A stretch of DNA of 31,318 bases from Nitrospirota bacterium (GTDB taxonomy: Bacteria; Nitrospirota; UBA9217), in contig CAVUHW010000016.1 of NCBI GenBank assembly GCA_963741205.1, positions 1-31,318 of the forward strand, read 5' to 3'. Both the position numbers and the translations under genes were made by a program. Within the stretch, counting starts at the first letter, position 1; the number at the start of each line of letters is the position of its first letter. The notes beneath the pieces were generated by a model. It was not told the origin of the DNA, did no database searches, and worked only from the letters and a program-made list of their open reading frames with translations. Below, one piece after another: positions 19,525 through 29,800 of this stretch.

Positions 19525-20123
19525 GCCAGTCCGATAATGTTGCCGGCGCCGTTGAACACTGGAGAGACGCCGTGTAGAGGCCGCCCTCGACAACGGCTAT
19601 GCCGGGCTCGGCGGACGGCACCAGCGCCGGGCCTTGAACGAGATCAGCCCATCGCCGGGTACCGGAGCCCGGTCGCCCGGCCTGGCTGTCGAAGATTCCA
19701 GCGTGGGGTCGTCGGTGAGCTGGACCGCAATGAGGGTGTCATCACGCTGGCGAAGACTTCTCTTCTCTGGTCCGTTTCGATAGTCCTGGCCGGTGATACG
19801 CGTCGGACCTGACAAACCAGACGGTGGTTGTATGCGCAGCGGCCTGCTCGGAATCGCCAGCACTGCGACATACCCTCCGATCACGATCAGAGTTTTGTTG
19901 CCGCCGTCGGAGTTCATCGTGGTCGTAGTGGCTATCAGCGACCAAGGGCCGACGTGGTGATGAGTCCGCCGCCGGTATTTGGGGCTGAGATGCACCTGGC
20001 ACGGCGGCCAGCCCGGCGAATAGAACTAGAACTGATAGGAATTTGCTTTTTAGGCTTCGCGGAAGATAGGTGACGAGTGGGGGAAAGAGCTGCTCCGAGC
20101 AGGTGGTTGATGCTTTTTTTCAT
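19525..20123 (-). CDS. Secreted protein, possibly beta-propeller/TolB-like; heavily frameshifted, truncated at the junction
   Basis: MKKSINHLLGAAL signal-like start; fragments MNSDGGNKT, AVQLTDDPTLES, GDGLISF, EGGLYTA, FN..GNIIGL. Confidence 0.45.
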
Positions 20124-20202
20124 TGGTTTTGGTTTGGTTGCGAATATCGCCAAGCCCGGCCCCGGCCGGTGGCACAGCGTTGGATCGGATCATTTACTGG
20201 AG

Positions 20203-20233
20203 ACAGATTCGTGAGGCGCGCGGAAATCTTTCA
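20203..20233 (-). promoter_or_regulatory. Putative ECF-dependent promoter TGAAAGA-N15-CGAATCTGT
   Basis: Identical bipartite motif and spacing recur at 24672-24702. Confidence 0.7.
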
Positions 20234-20355
20234 GGAAAAGTGACAGGAAGCCCGTAACGCCGACTTTCCAGTCAGCGAGATGTGCGGTTTTACGCCAGGG
20301 TATCCGACCAAAACTCGCCGGTTCGAAACCAGCGTTAATCGGCTAGTCAGCGCTA

Positions 20356-23300
20356 TCAGGAGGGGATCGCGCTCTGGTGGTCATCGATGAAATTAATGCT
20401 CCAGACAGATTCAGCGGTTGGTGCCCCTCTGCCCGCTGCCGGAGCGCGTTGGTGCGAAGCCACGCGAGGTCGGTCTTGGTTCGCAGTGGCGGTTGAGGAC
20501 TTCGTCGAAAGCGTCTTTAGCTTCCTAGCCAGCGTTCCTTCGAAACGAGGGCCTTCGCGACAGGGGGCAAGCCAGAGTGATCGCATTATCTCCTGCCTCC
20601 CGCCCGGTAGTCCCCCTCCCTCCAGTAACCACGATTCACGCAAAGGATGGCGCATCGTCCACCAGGAAACCTACCTCGTCATCGTCCACCCGCCGAAGCC
20701 ACGCGCAATCCCGGCCATCGGGCGAGAACTCCAGCCAGAAGTAGGGCCTCTGTCCTGCATACGGTAACTGGGATTGCAATAGTTCACGCTCGTGGCGATC
20801 TGGAGGGCCGGACCGTGCGGTCGTCCCGATGCTGGCCAGGGTCCGCCCGTCGGGACTGAAGCGCGAGGCGAGGCGCCTTTACTCGTATGCCCCTTGAGCA
20901 CCGCGGGTCACCGTGGCCGAGGGTAGATGCCCAGACCGTAATGTCACCCATTCCGAAGGCGGCCAGCAGACGCCCATCGGATGAAATCACCTTGTCGTTG
21001 GGGTATCCATCAGTGGTTCGGAATCGTCTGAGAAGAGTTTGAGGTTCTCACCTTCGATGCGCCACAGTTGCAGATGAGTTGCCATCCTCACGTGAGCAGA
21101 TGTTCGCCATCGGCTGCGAAGAAATGGAGCGGTCAGGCGGTTAACGTTCGTAAGCACCCATTTGGCGACGCCCGTAGGCAACTGCCAGACGGTAGTGGCT
21201 TGTAAAACGCCGGCTGAATCTTTGGTGAGCGCGAGCGACCAGTTCGCACAGGGAGTCAAAGGAAAACAGGGAAAAGTGGGATGAACGACGGCCCGCAATG
21301 CAGGCTGGGATGGAGCAAAGCAATCGTTCAGAACGTCGATCCCAAATTTCCAGTCCTTGCTCGTCAACTCGCCCAGAGTCCCTGAAACTGTCCGTATAAT
21401 CGAAACGCTGCCTAACCGGAGTGGATAGGTGATTCCTCTGGCGGGCAGATTGGCACTTGCGCTACGGTCGTCTCCAGACTAAGATAGAGCACGGCCGGGC
21501 CGCATGCAACGCGCCAGATAAAAGTCACCAATCCTCCGACCGGAGCAGCCCACCGACCGGGACAGAGCCCACGGGGATGCGCGGATTGCGAACCGCTTCG
21601 CGCCGCGGTTGGCGTCGGATCCCACAACTTGACCATCCCATCGTAACCCCCAAGCGAGAGACAGCCGCTTCCCATCGGGGGAGAAGGCCACGTGAACACC
21701 TCGTCTGCCTGCCCTCGGAACGTGTTGAGCAGTTCCCCGGTATCCACTTTCCACATCATGGTCGTCTGATCTGGACTGCAGGTGGCCAGCATCGCGCCGT
21801 CCGGTGAGAATGCGCCGCGATGACCATGTCGGTGTGCCCGGTCCAGCACGTGGAGTTCCTTCTTGGTGTTGAATCCAGAGCCGAATCTCCAATCCGCGCT
21901 GACCGGGAATCGCCAAGGTGCGGTTGTCGGACGACAGCGCGATGAACGGTCGGGAATACCGCTTAATGGGAATCTTGTCGGGAAGCATGCCGATTTCCCG
22001 CAAATCTGGAAGCTTGAGCAGCCGGATCGTGTCGCCAACCAGCACGGCCAGCCGGCTGGGATCGTCCCGAAGGCAAGCTGCAGATACAAGTCCCTGCGCA
22101 CACTCGGCGGCCCCGACAAAGGGAATTTCAGCCGGTTACCGACCAATTTGAGATATCCCATACCATCAACGTCTGTTCCGCTTCCCACGGAGTTCTCCAA
22201 CTCGGCAGCTCGGCGGCTGCTTTCCAGTCAGGAGAACTTCCGTCGGGAGAGAAGATACCGGGGGCGGCGGCCTCTGGCAACCGGCGCAATTCGGTGAAGG
22301 AGCGGGCGTCCCACACGCGAACTTCGGTCAGGTAGCCGGCGGCCAGGAGATCGCCAGTGCGTGAAAACGACAGGGAAGAACTCGGTGGCATCTGAAGGAC
22401 GCGACCTCGCGGCGGAGTTGGAGGTCCAACATCTTGGTGATCCCCTTTTCCCCGCCTACCACAACGTTCCGGGCATCCGGAGCGAGCGCAAGGACCCAGA
22501 GCCATATTTGTGTGGCCCTGCATGCTGAACAGCTCTTCGCTCCAGCATTGTTCCGAGAGGTGGCGCCATTCGAAACCCCGCAGGTCTGGTTGGCCGGGCT
22601 GAGGAACGTGATTCTGAGCAGGGAGCGCGCGAGTCGAAGGTTGTCCGTCTTCAAGGCCTGGTGGGCGAGGTTGATGTCCGCGGCGTAAAGCCGCTCCCGC
22701 GCGGTTGCCTCATTGTTCTGCGCGAGCGTGGCATTGGCATCCGCCCGCTGGGCCAAAGTCAGGTTCTCGGTGGCGAGCTCGCGCACGATTTTCGTCTGGC
22801 GCGCCTGCCAGAGATAAAGCCCGGCGGCGAGCGCAGCGATGCGGTGACCACGGCACCGGCGCGCTGGACGAAACGAAGCCGGCGCTCGAGCGCGCATCCG
22901 GGCCACGGACTTGCCGCTTTGCAGCAGCGCCAGGTCGGCGTGCATTTCGGCGGCGGATTCGTAGCGCTGTTTCACGTCCGGCGCGCAGGCGCGGAGGAGG
23001 ACTTCGTTGAACTCGGCCAGCGCGGCGCGGTCGGGCAGTTCGGTGATGCCCGTGGGCAACTCGGGAAACTGCTGGCGGTCGTGGCCGGTGCTGATTTCGT
23101 AGAGCACCTTGCCCAGGCTGAAGAGGTCGGCCTGCACCGTGCCCGGGCCTTCCGGCGGCAGGTAGCCTTCGGTGCCGACGAACGACATGGTGGCTTCCGC
23201 CAGCGCGACGAGGCCGATGTCGGCGAGCTTGGGAATGCCGTTCACGAAGACGATGTTCGAGGGCTTGATGTCGCGGTGGACGAGGCCGTGGCGGTGGAGG

Positions 23301-23792
23301 TGCTCGAGCGCCGTGGTGAGGGCGAGGCCGAGGCGGAGGCATTCGTCCACCGGCAGGCGGCCGCGGAGGAGGAGTTCGCTGCGGAGATTGCGCGGGGTGT
23401 AGCTGGCTTCGTCAATCGCCTGCGCCGCGGCCCATGTCGTCGGCCAGTTCCATGACGTAGTAGAAGCAGTCCGGGCCGCGGCCGACGTGGAGGATGTTGA
23501 GCTGGCTCTCGTGGCTGCGCGAAACCGGCTCGAAGCGCTGCATGCCGGCGAACTCGCGCTCGAACGGGCGGTCGTCGTCGAAGGCGCTGCCGGTGGACGA
23601 TCTTCACCGCGCGGTAAACGCCGAGGACGTTGCGGGCGAGCCAGACCTCGCCATAGCTGCCCTTGCCGATGCGGCGGATGAGCGTGTGATCGGGGACGGG
23701 AATGGGCGGGACGTCGCCGGCGCTGCGCCGGAGGGGGCGTGGCGGAGCCCCACGGGGTCTTGATCGACGGGCAATGGATCGGGCTCAGGCAT
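20356..23792 (-). CDS. Ser/Thr protein kinase with C-terminal WD40 repeats (many frameshifts)
   Basis: IGKGSYGEVWLARN, RAVKIV, FYYVMELAD, HRDIKPSN, ADIGL, GTEGYLPPE, DLFSLG; one hydrophobic segment; RERLYAADINLA; multiple GH..V..AFSPDG..LA..D..W repeats. Confidence 0.88.
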
Positions 23793-23999
23793 GATGGTCA
23801 AAGCGTGGTGCCACGGCGCGGCGCGGGATCCGACGCGGAGCCGGAGCGGCGCAGTTCGCGGCGGATCGAGCGCGAACAGTTCACGACGGAGCGCGGCAGC
23901 GTTCGCGCGCTGGCGTGACGCGATAGCGTCGCCAGCGGCGTCCGCAGCGGCCAACGCGCGCGGAGCCAGCCCAACCAAGCGTTCGCGGAAAGGAGTCGT

Positions 24000-24667
24000 T
24001 CACGATTTGACCTCGGTTTTCTCCGCCTGCGCTTCGAGGCGTTTGACCTCCTTCTTGATCAGCGCGCCGACCCGGTGGCGGGCGAGATAAACCTGGGCGG
24101 CGTTGACTTTGAGCAGCTGCGTCACTTCCGCCACGGGCAGTTCACGCAAGCACGGAGAGATCGAAGATCTGAAACTGCTTCGGCGCGACCTGCTGCTTCA
24201 CGCGCTCGATGGCGGCGTCGAGCAGGTTCTTCTGCCATTCTTCCTCCCACACGGAGTCGAGTTCGAGGCTGGCCGGGTCGGGCACGCGGGCGATGGTGTC
24301 CGTGCGGCTGGTGTCGTCGCGAGCTCGCGGCGACGGGCGCAGCTTGGGTCGGTGCGTTTGCGGAAATGATCAATGATGCGCCGGCGGGTGATGAGGCAGA
24401 GCCAGTTCTTGAAGGAGCTCTTGGTGCGGTCGTAGCCGCCGTCGCGCATCTGTTTCGCCACGGCGACGACGGTTTCCTGCACCACGTCCGGGCCTCGGCT
24501 TCGGACAGCCCGGCCTTGATGGCGACGGCGTAGATCAGCTTCCAGTAGGTGTCGAAAAAATCCTGCCAACTGCCGTGGTCGTCCCAATTGCGCAGGCGCT
24601 TCACCAGACTGGACCGCGTGGCGGCCGGGTCTTCGGCGCCGAGCACCGGCACATCGGATTTGCGCAC
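24000..24667 (-). CDS. ECF sigma factor (TRxSLxxRL..W..F type, kinase-associated); frameshifted
   Basis: TRSSLVKRLRNWDDHGSWQDFFDTYWKLIY, DVVQET, SFKNWL..ITRRRIID, region 4 ELPVAEVTQLLKVNAAQVYLARHRV; GTG start just after the promoter motif. Confidence 0.9.
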
Positions 24668-24671
24668 AGAC

Positions 24672-24702
24672 ACAGATTCGCAGCAGCGGGAGATTTCTTT
24701 CA
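24672..24702 (-). promoter_or_regulatory. Putative autoregulatory ECF promoter TGAAAGA-N15-CGAATCTGT
   Basis: Directly upstream of the sigma gene; second copy at 20203-20233. Confidence 0.7.
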
Positions 24703-24819
24703 AGCTTTTCGAGGTCTGGAAGAGATGACTTAAAACATGCCAGCCGCTGCGGGGCAGTCGGACACGGTTTGCAATAGTCCAACTTGCTCGCAGGCTGCGA
24801 GGAAATCCCCTGCGGCATC

Positions 24820-24926
24820 GGAGCGCGGGATTTATCCCGCAGGACCGTCCGCATGGCTGGCACGCACCGGAAAAGACTGTCGCCGGTTTGCCATCCGACG
24901 TTCCTGCGGACTAAAGTCCGCGCTCC
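24820..24926. repeat. REP doublet (REPIN-like), GGAGCGCGG...CCGCGCTCC
   Basis: ggagcgcgggatttatcccgc ... gcggactaaagtccgcgctcc; related copy at 30845-30917. Confidence 0.75.
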
Positions 24927-25002
24927 TCGGTTGCGGCTTCGCCGCGCTGCGTCCACGTCGCCTCTGCGTTAAGATCCGCCCGCGTCAATCTGCCGGGTTC
25001 GG

Positions 25003-25746
25003 CTACGGAGCAAACGCGCTAAACAGCGCCTGCATTTCCTCCGCGACGTGTGCCGGATCGCTCAACGTCTGGGCAATTTCGTCGCGCAGCAGTTCGCGAT
25101 AACGCCTCCGCAGCCGATGCACCGCCGTGCGCACCGCGCCTTCGGAAACGCCCAGATCGGCGGCGGCCTGGGGATACGGGATTGCGCTCTTGCCGACCGT
25201 GAGAAACGGCTTCAACAGCTCGAACAACCGGTCATTGCCTTCCGCCGCGCACTCGGCGCGCAATCGTTCGATCACGCATGCCAGCAAGGCCAGCGCCCAT
25301 TCGCGGTCGAAGGCCTTGTCCGGACTCGGCTCGGTCGGTGGCGGCGATTTGAAATTGCGTGTCCGCCGTCTGCCAGTCGAGCGACAGATGCGTCGCGCCG
25401 CCGCCGCGTTTCTGGCGCTGCGACTTGTCCCATTCGTTGGCGAGAAAATGTTTCAGCGACGCCAGCAGGAACGCGCGAAACCGTCCGCGCTCGGCGCTCA
25501 AGCCTTCCAGATAATTCTTCTCCAGAAATCGCGCGAAGAAAGCCTGCGTCAGGTCCTCGGCGTCCTCCTTCGAGTGGCCGCGCCGCCGGACGTAGGCGTA
25601 GAGCGGAAACCAGTAAGTGCGGCAAAGCTCCTCCAGCGCGTGATCCGATTGCGGCGTGGACGTTTGCCCGCCGCGAGCACGACCGTCCAATGCGTCGTGG
25701 CGAAGACATCGCCGGGCGCGTGTGAGGTTCGCTGCGTCGAGGTCAT
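25003..25746 (-). CDS. ECF sigma factor (FxTTHWxVV type); frameshifted
   Basis: FATTHWTVVLAA, LCRTYWFPLYAYVRRRG, DAEDLTQAFF, GRFRAFLL, QKRGGG, FDREWA, AVRTAVHRLRRRYRELLR. Confidence 0.92.
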
Positions 25747-25883
25747 CGCAGATTGTCTGTTTTCATTGCAAATGCAATCACTTCTCCGGATGGGCGGGAG
25801 CGGTTGTGAGCGCTGCGGCCCTGCCAGGCTTGTCACTTTCGCAACGCGGTTTCGGGTGCGGCGCGACCGGCGGCGGGTTGGTT

Positions 25884-26606
25884 TCAATACCAAAAATCAA
25901 CCCCGATACCTGAGGTGCGCCGGGTCATCTGTTTGAATTTGCGCCAGCCCACGTGGCCGTCGAGGAAGAGGAGGTTGCCTCCCGCCGGGCGACTGCCTTC
26001 CAGGTGCGGGGCCCGCGCCGGCTTGTCCCAGTTCACAGGGATCTGTGCGAAGTTGTTATTAAGCGAGATCGTCGCGTCTGCGGCCAATTCCCGTTCGGAC
26101 ACACTGGGCGTGTAACGGTTCGTGGCCGTCACGATGGAAGTCGGCAGCAGGCTGACATTGAAGTTGGAACTGGCCAGCCCCGGTGCCTGATTGAGGGCTA
26201 ACACGCAACCCAGCACTTTGTAGGTGGTGCTGTTCCGGACATCGAAGTCCCAGATGTATTGCGTATTATTGAATTCATTGAAGGACGGACAATAAAGAAT
26301 ATCCCGGCTGAATCCCTGCTGCAGCAGGGGCGTGACGACCGTGCGGAGGTCGGCGTCCCATGGCCAGTAACCGGAGGCGCAGACGGGCAACCGCTCCCGG
26401 TTGTCGTTGGCGTACATGTGGAGGGCGAGACCCACCTGCCGGAGATTGCTGGAGCACTTGACCCGCCGGGCTTTCTCCTTGGCGCGGCTGAGCGCCGGCA
26501 ACAGCAGGGCGGCAAGAATCGCGATGATCGCCACGACCACCAATAACTCGATCAAGGTGAAACCCAATCGTCCGGCGCGCGTGGAAGAAGTGCGGGTTGG
26601 TTTCAT
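25884..26606 (-). CDS. Prepilin-type N-terminal cleavage/methylation protein with C-terminal H-X9-DG-type motif (DUF1559-like)
   Basis: [40 protein letters not shown]...[11 protein letters not shown]. Confidence 0.92.
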   Translation of the reverse strand: MKPTRTSSTRAGRLGFTLIELLVVVAIIAILAALLLPALSRAKEKARRVKCSSNLRQVGLALHMYANDNRERLPVCASGYWPWDADLRTVVTPLLQQGFSRDILYCPSFNEFNNTQYIWDFDVRNSTTYKVLGCVLALNQAPGLASSNFNVSLLPTSIVTATNRYTPSVSERELAADATISLNNNFAQIPVNWDKPARAPHLEGSRPAGGNLLFLDGHVGWRKFKQMTRRTSGIGVDFWY

Positions 26607-26635
26607 CACAAGTCAGTCAACTCAGGCTTTGGCGG

Positions 26636-26844
26636 TCAGTTTAGAACTCCTTCCGCGCGCCACGCAAGGTTGACCATTGATGAATGTCGCCGACGTTTGG
26701 GACGAAGAATAAGACCCATGAACCCGCCGCCGAGCTGATCAATCACATGCCATATTCGTCGCCCGGGAACTGGAAGTGAATCAACGAACCGAAGACCCAC
26801 AGCGTCGGGACGTGAAGCAGGTAGAACCAATGATTTGTTTTCAT
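26636..26844 (-). CDS. Small hydrophobic protein translationally coupled to the kinase (frameshifted/possibly truncated)
   Basis: ATGA overlap at 26841-26844; MKTNHWFYLLHVPTLWVFGSLIHFQFPGDEYG then a hydrophobic SWVLFFVP segment. Confidence 0.4.
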
Positions 26845-29800
26845 TGCGCTTTGCCTGCAAGCACCATCTTGTAGCGAAGCTTCACGCCGCGGGGCTTTTC
26901 GGTGAAGCCGGTGATCTGCAGCAGGCCCAGTCCGCCTTCGCGCGTGCGAAAAACCCAGGTGCTTGGCAGTTTCCCCCAGGTCTGAAGCGCGGGGGCATCC
27001 AGCTTTTCGACGTCTTGCAACCGACCGGCGATCGCGGTTGCTGGCAGGCGGTCCCAGTCCGTGAGCGAGGCGTCGGCAGCCGTCATGCCGGGGCACTCCA
27101 ATCCGTCCTGCCGCCACATCAAAGCGTCGAAACCCCGCTCTGCCATCCAATCATACTTGAGGGCATAATTGCCTTCCAAACCGCTCGGAAGATCACCCAC
27201 TTCTCCCCGGTCGAAGTCAATGCAGTCGGATTGTCCGCTGGTGACGGTGTAAATCACCCGCTCAGCCACGTGGGCCGAAGGCAATCTTTGGAGGAACGAT
27301 CGCCGCGGGAGGTGTGGCATTTTGCACCAGTTTGTAGCGCACCCTGACACCGCGCGGATTGTCGGTGAACCCGGTGACTTGCAGGAGACCGAGCCGGCCA
27401 TCCCGATTTTTGAAGCCGAAAGTGTAGAGCGTGGGATTGTCTTTTCCGAACTTCACCCGCAAATCGGGGGTGTTGTCGCGTAATGCTTCCACCAGTGCCT
27501 GCGGCTGGTAATTTCCCACTCGCTCCGCGGCAACGTGATCATGTTCTGCGCCAGTCCATAAAGCCAGCCGTCATCGGCATACGAGAAGTCCGCCCTGTGG
27601 CGTGGACCTTCAATCCAAGTGAATATTCTGTCTTCGGTTTGGACCGCTTGGTCGGGCTTGGTCAACGGAGTCCGGCAGTACTTCCACCTGTCCGGAAACC
27701 AGTATCCATCGCGCTGAAAATTGGGTATGGGTTCCGCTCGATCACCGGGCCGAATGATAATGCCGGCTCTCCGATTTCAGCTGGGGATTTCGCCGTTGGC
27801 GCTGTCAACGCAGCACCCATCGGAAACACCTGGCTGGGATAAATCGCGGCTGGCTTCCTGGTCGAGAAGCTCCACGCCGTCAGAAGCAAGGCAACCGCCA
27901 TCAGCAGACCAAGGATCAGGGTGGGTAACACCCAGCTCTGTCTCCGGTTCGGGTATCCGGCCGCCTTGCGTTTCGCTGAGACGACCTGTAGGGCGGCGAT
28001 CAAGGTGGCATTGATCAAGGCGAGCGCAAGAGCACCACGCAGCGGCACCCTCCCGCCCGTCAGCGCGGAAATAAAGAGGATCACGACGGCCATGAACCCG
28101 AATAGAATCGCCCAGAGGGTGAACGCTCCCGGCCAGAAAGTTGCGAGCCGCCCGTTTTTCTCTTCGACGAGTTGAATGGTTTGCCACGGCCGACGATTCT
28201 GATTTGCCTCCGCCTCGCCCATTGTCGGCGGGGTGCCGGCGGTGCTGCGCTGTTTGCCCCATGCGAGCCAGCCCGTGAGGAGGCCCGCGACGCCGCCGAG
28301 GAACAAGCCAGCCACTGCGCCCAGCGCCAGGTTCAACGGTTTGTTCGGTCGCACCGGCCGGCTGCCCGGCTGCGCGTGCTCGACAATCTCGATCATCGAG
28401 GTCTTCGGCAAAGCCCGGTCAATCCGTTCCGCTTCGAGCTTCATGTTTAGAATCCGACCAAAGGTGATCAACTCTTCCAATTCGCGTTTCTTGTCGAGCG
28501 AGTACGGGCGGCTCTTTTCCGAATTCTCCCGGTCCCATTTCTGCGCGTCCGGGACCGATTTCTTAAGTTCGTCCACTTGCGCCTGCGTCATGGTCACTTC
28601 AACCTCCAGCGCTGTCATAATGCCCTGGATATTTTCCTCCAATGTCCGACTTCAATTTTTCGATCTGCCCTTTTAACCCTCATATACGTGGGATGCGTGG
28701 GGGCGAAATCTTTCTCCAGACCTAGCATGGTCCACTCCGCCGAGCTTATCTGGTTTAGCAATTCCGTGAGGCGGGAGTCTTGTCGGGACCGAGGCAGCGC
28801 CTGCCGCAGTTCGTCCTTGGAGAGTTTCTTCAATTGGGCGAGTTCCGCTTGGAGCGAGACGAGGCGTGCCTCGTTCTCGATTTTCATCGCTGTGATCCTT
28901 CGCAGCGCCTCACCGTTCATCAACCGGGTCGGCCCGTTCCCGTCGGCATCCACGTCGCTGATATTCAACGCATCGCGCAGTGCTTCTAATTCCTTCCGGG
29001 CCTCGAGAATCTTGTCCTGCTGTTCCTGGTAACGAGCTGATCCCGCCGGAGCTTAGTTTGGCCGCTGCTGCGTCTGCTAATCGGAAGTCTTTGTAGGTTT
29101 CCGCAACCGCATTGGCAATTTTCGCCGCCTCCGCCCGGTCTTCACTGTAAACCGTGATTTCAATCAAACTGGTGTTACGAATCGGGCGCAGCGTCATGCG
29201 CCCCTTGAGCATCCCGATGTCGCGTTTGAGTTTTGACCCGGCCTCAATCTGGCGCCCGACAGGTTTTTCAAGTCAAGCTGTTCAACGACGTTGCTGAGGA
29301 CCATCTGGGATCGAATGGCTTCAAACTCGGTCTGGATGAAAAACGGGTCGTAACCGGAACCATGCGGCTGCCTGCCAAGCTTTCAAGTCGGTGGTGGCGT
29401 GTTCGATCTTGATGCGAGCCGTGCTGGCGAAAGACTCAGGCATGAGGAACGTCACGAGCGCCGCAACCAGAAAAATCAACAGCCAGACCAAGACTGCGAC
29501 CACCGCAGCACTCCGGAATGGAAACGCCCTTGTCACCATTGGCGGTTTCGCGGCGAGCAGTGGTGGATGGCCTTCCGAAGTTCGCGCGGCGTCGAGCGTT
29601 GCCCCACTTGATGCGTTTGGCGGGAAACAGTGGGCCCGGCTGGTTCCCGGGCACTCCGCAAGTCTGTCGCAATCGTCTCCACCTGCGTCTTGAGCATCGC
29701 TGGCTTGCTGGTAGCGGAGTTCCGGTTTCTTCTCCAACGCGCGCAACACGACTTCATCGAGGCGCACGTCAATCTGGACTTTCTTCGACGGCGGCTCGAG

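Noticed and set aside
24668-24703. TTG start at 24703 for ECF1
   Set aside because: It overlaps the repeated promoter-like motif; the GTG just downstream is more plausible.
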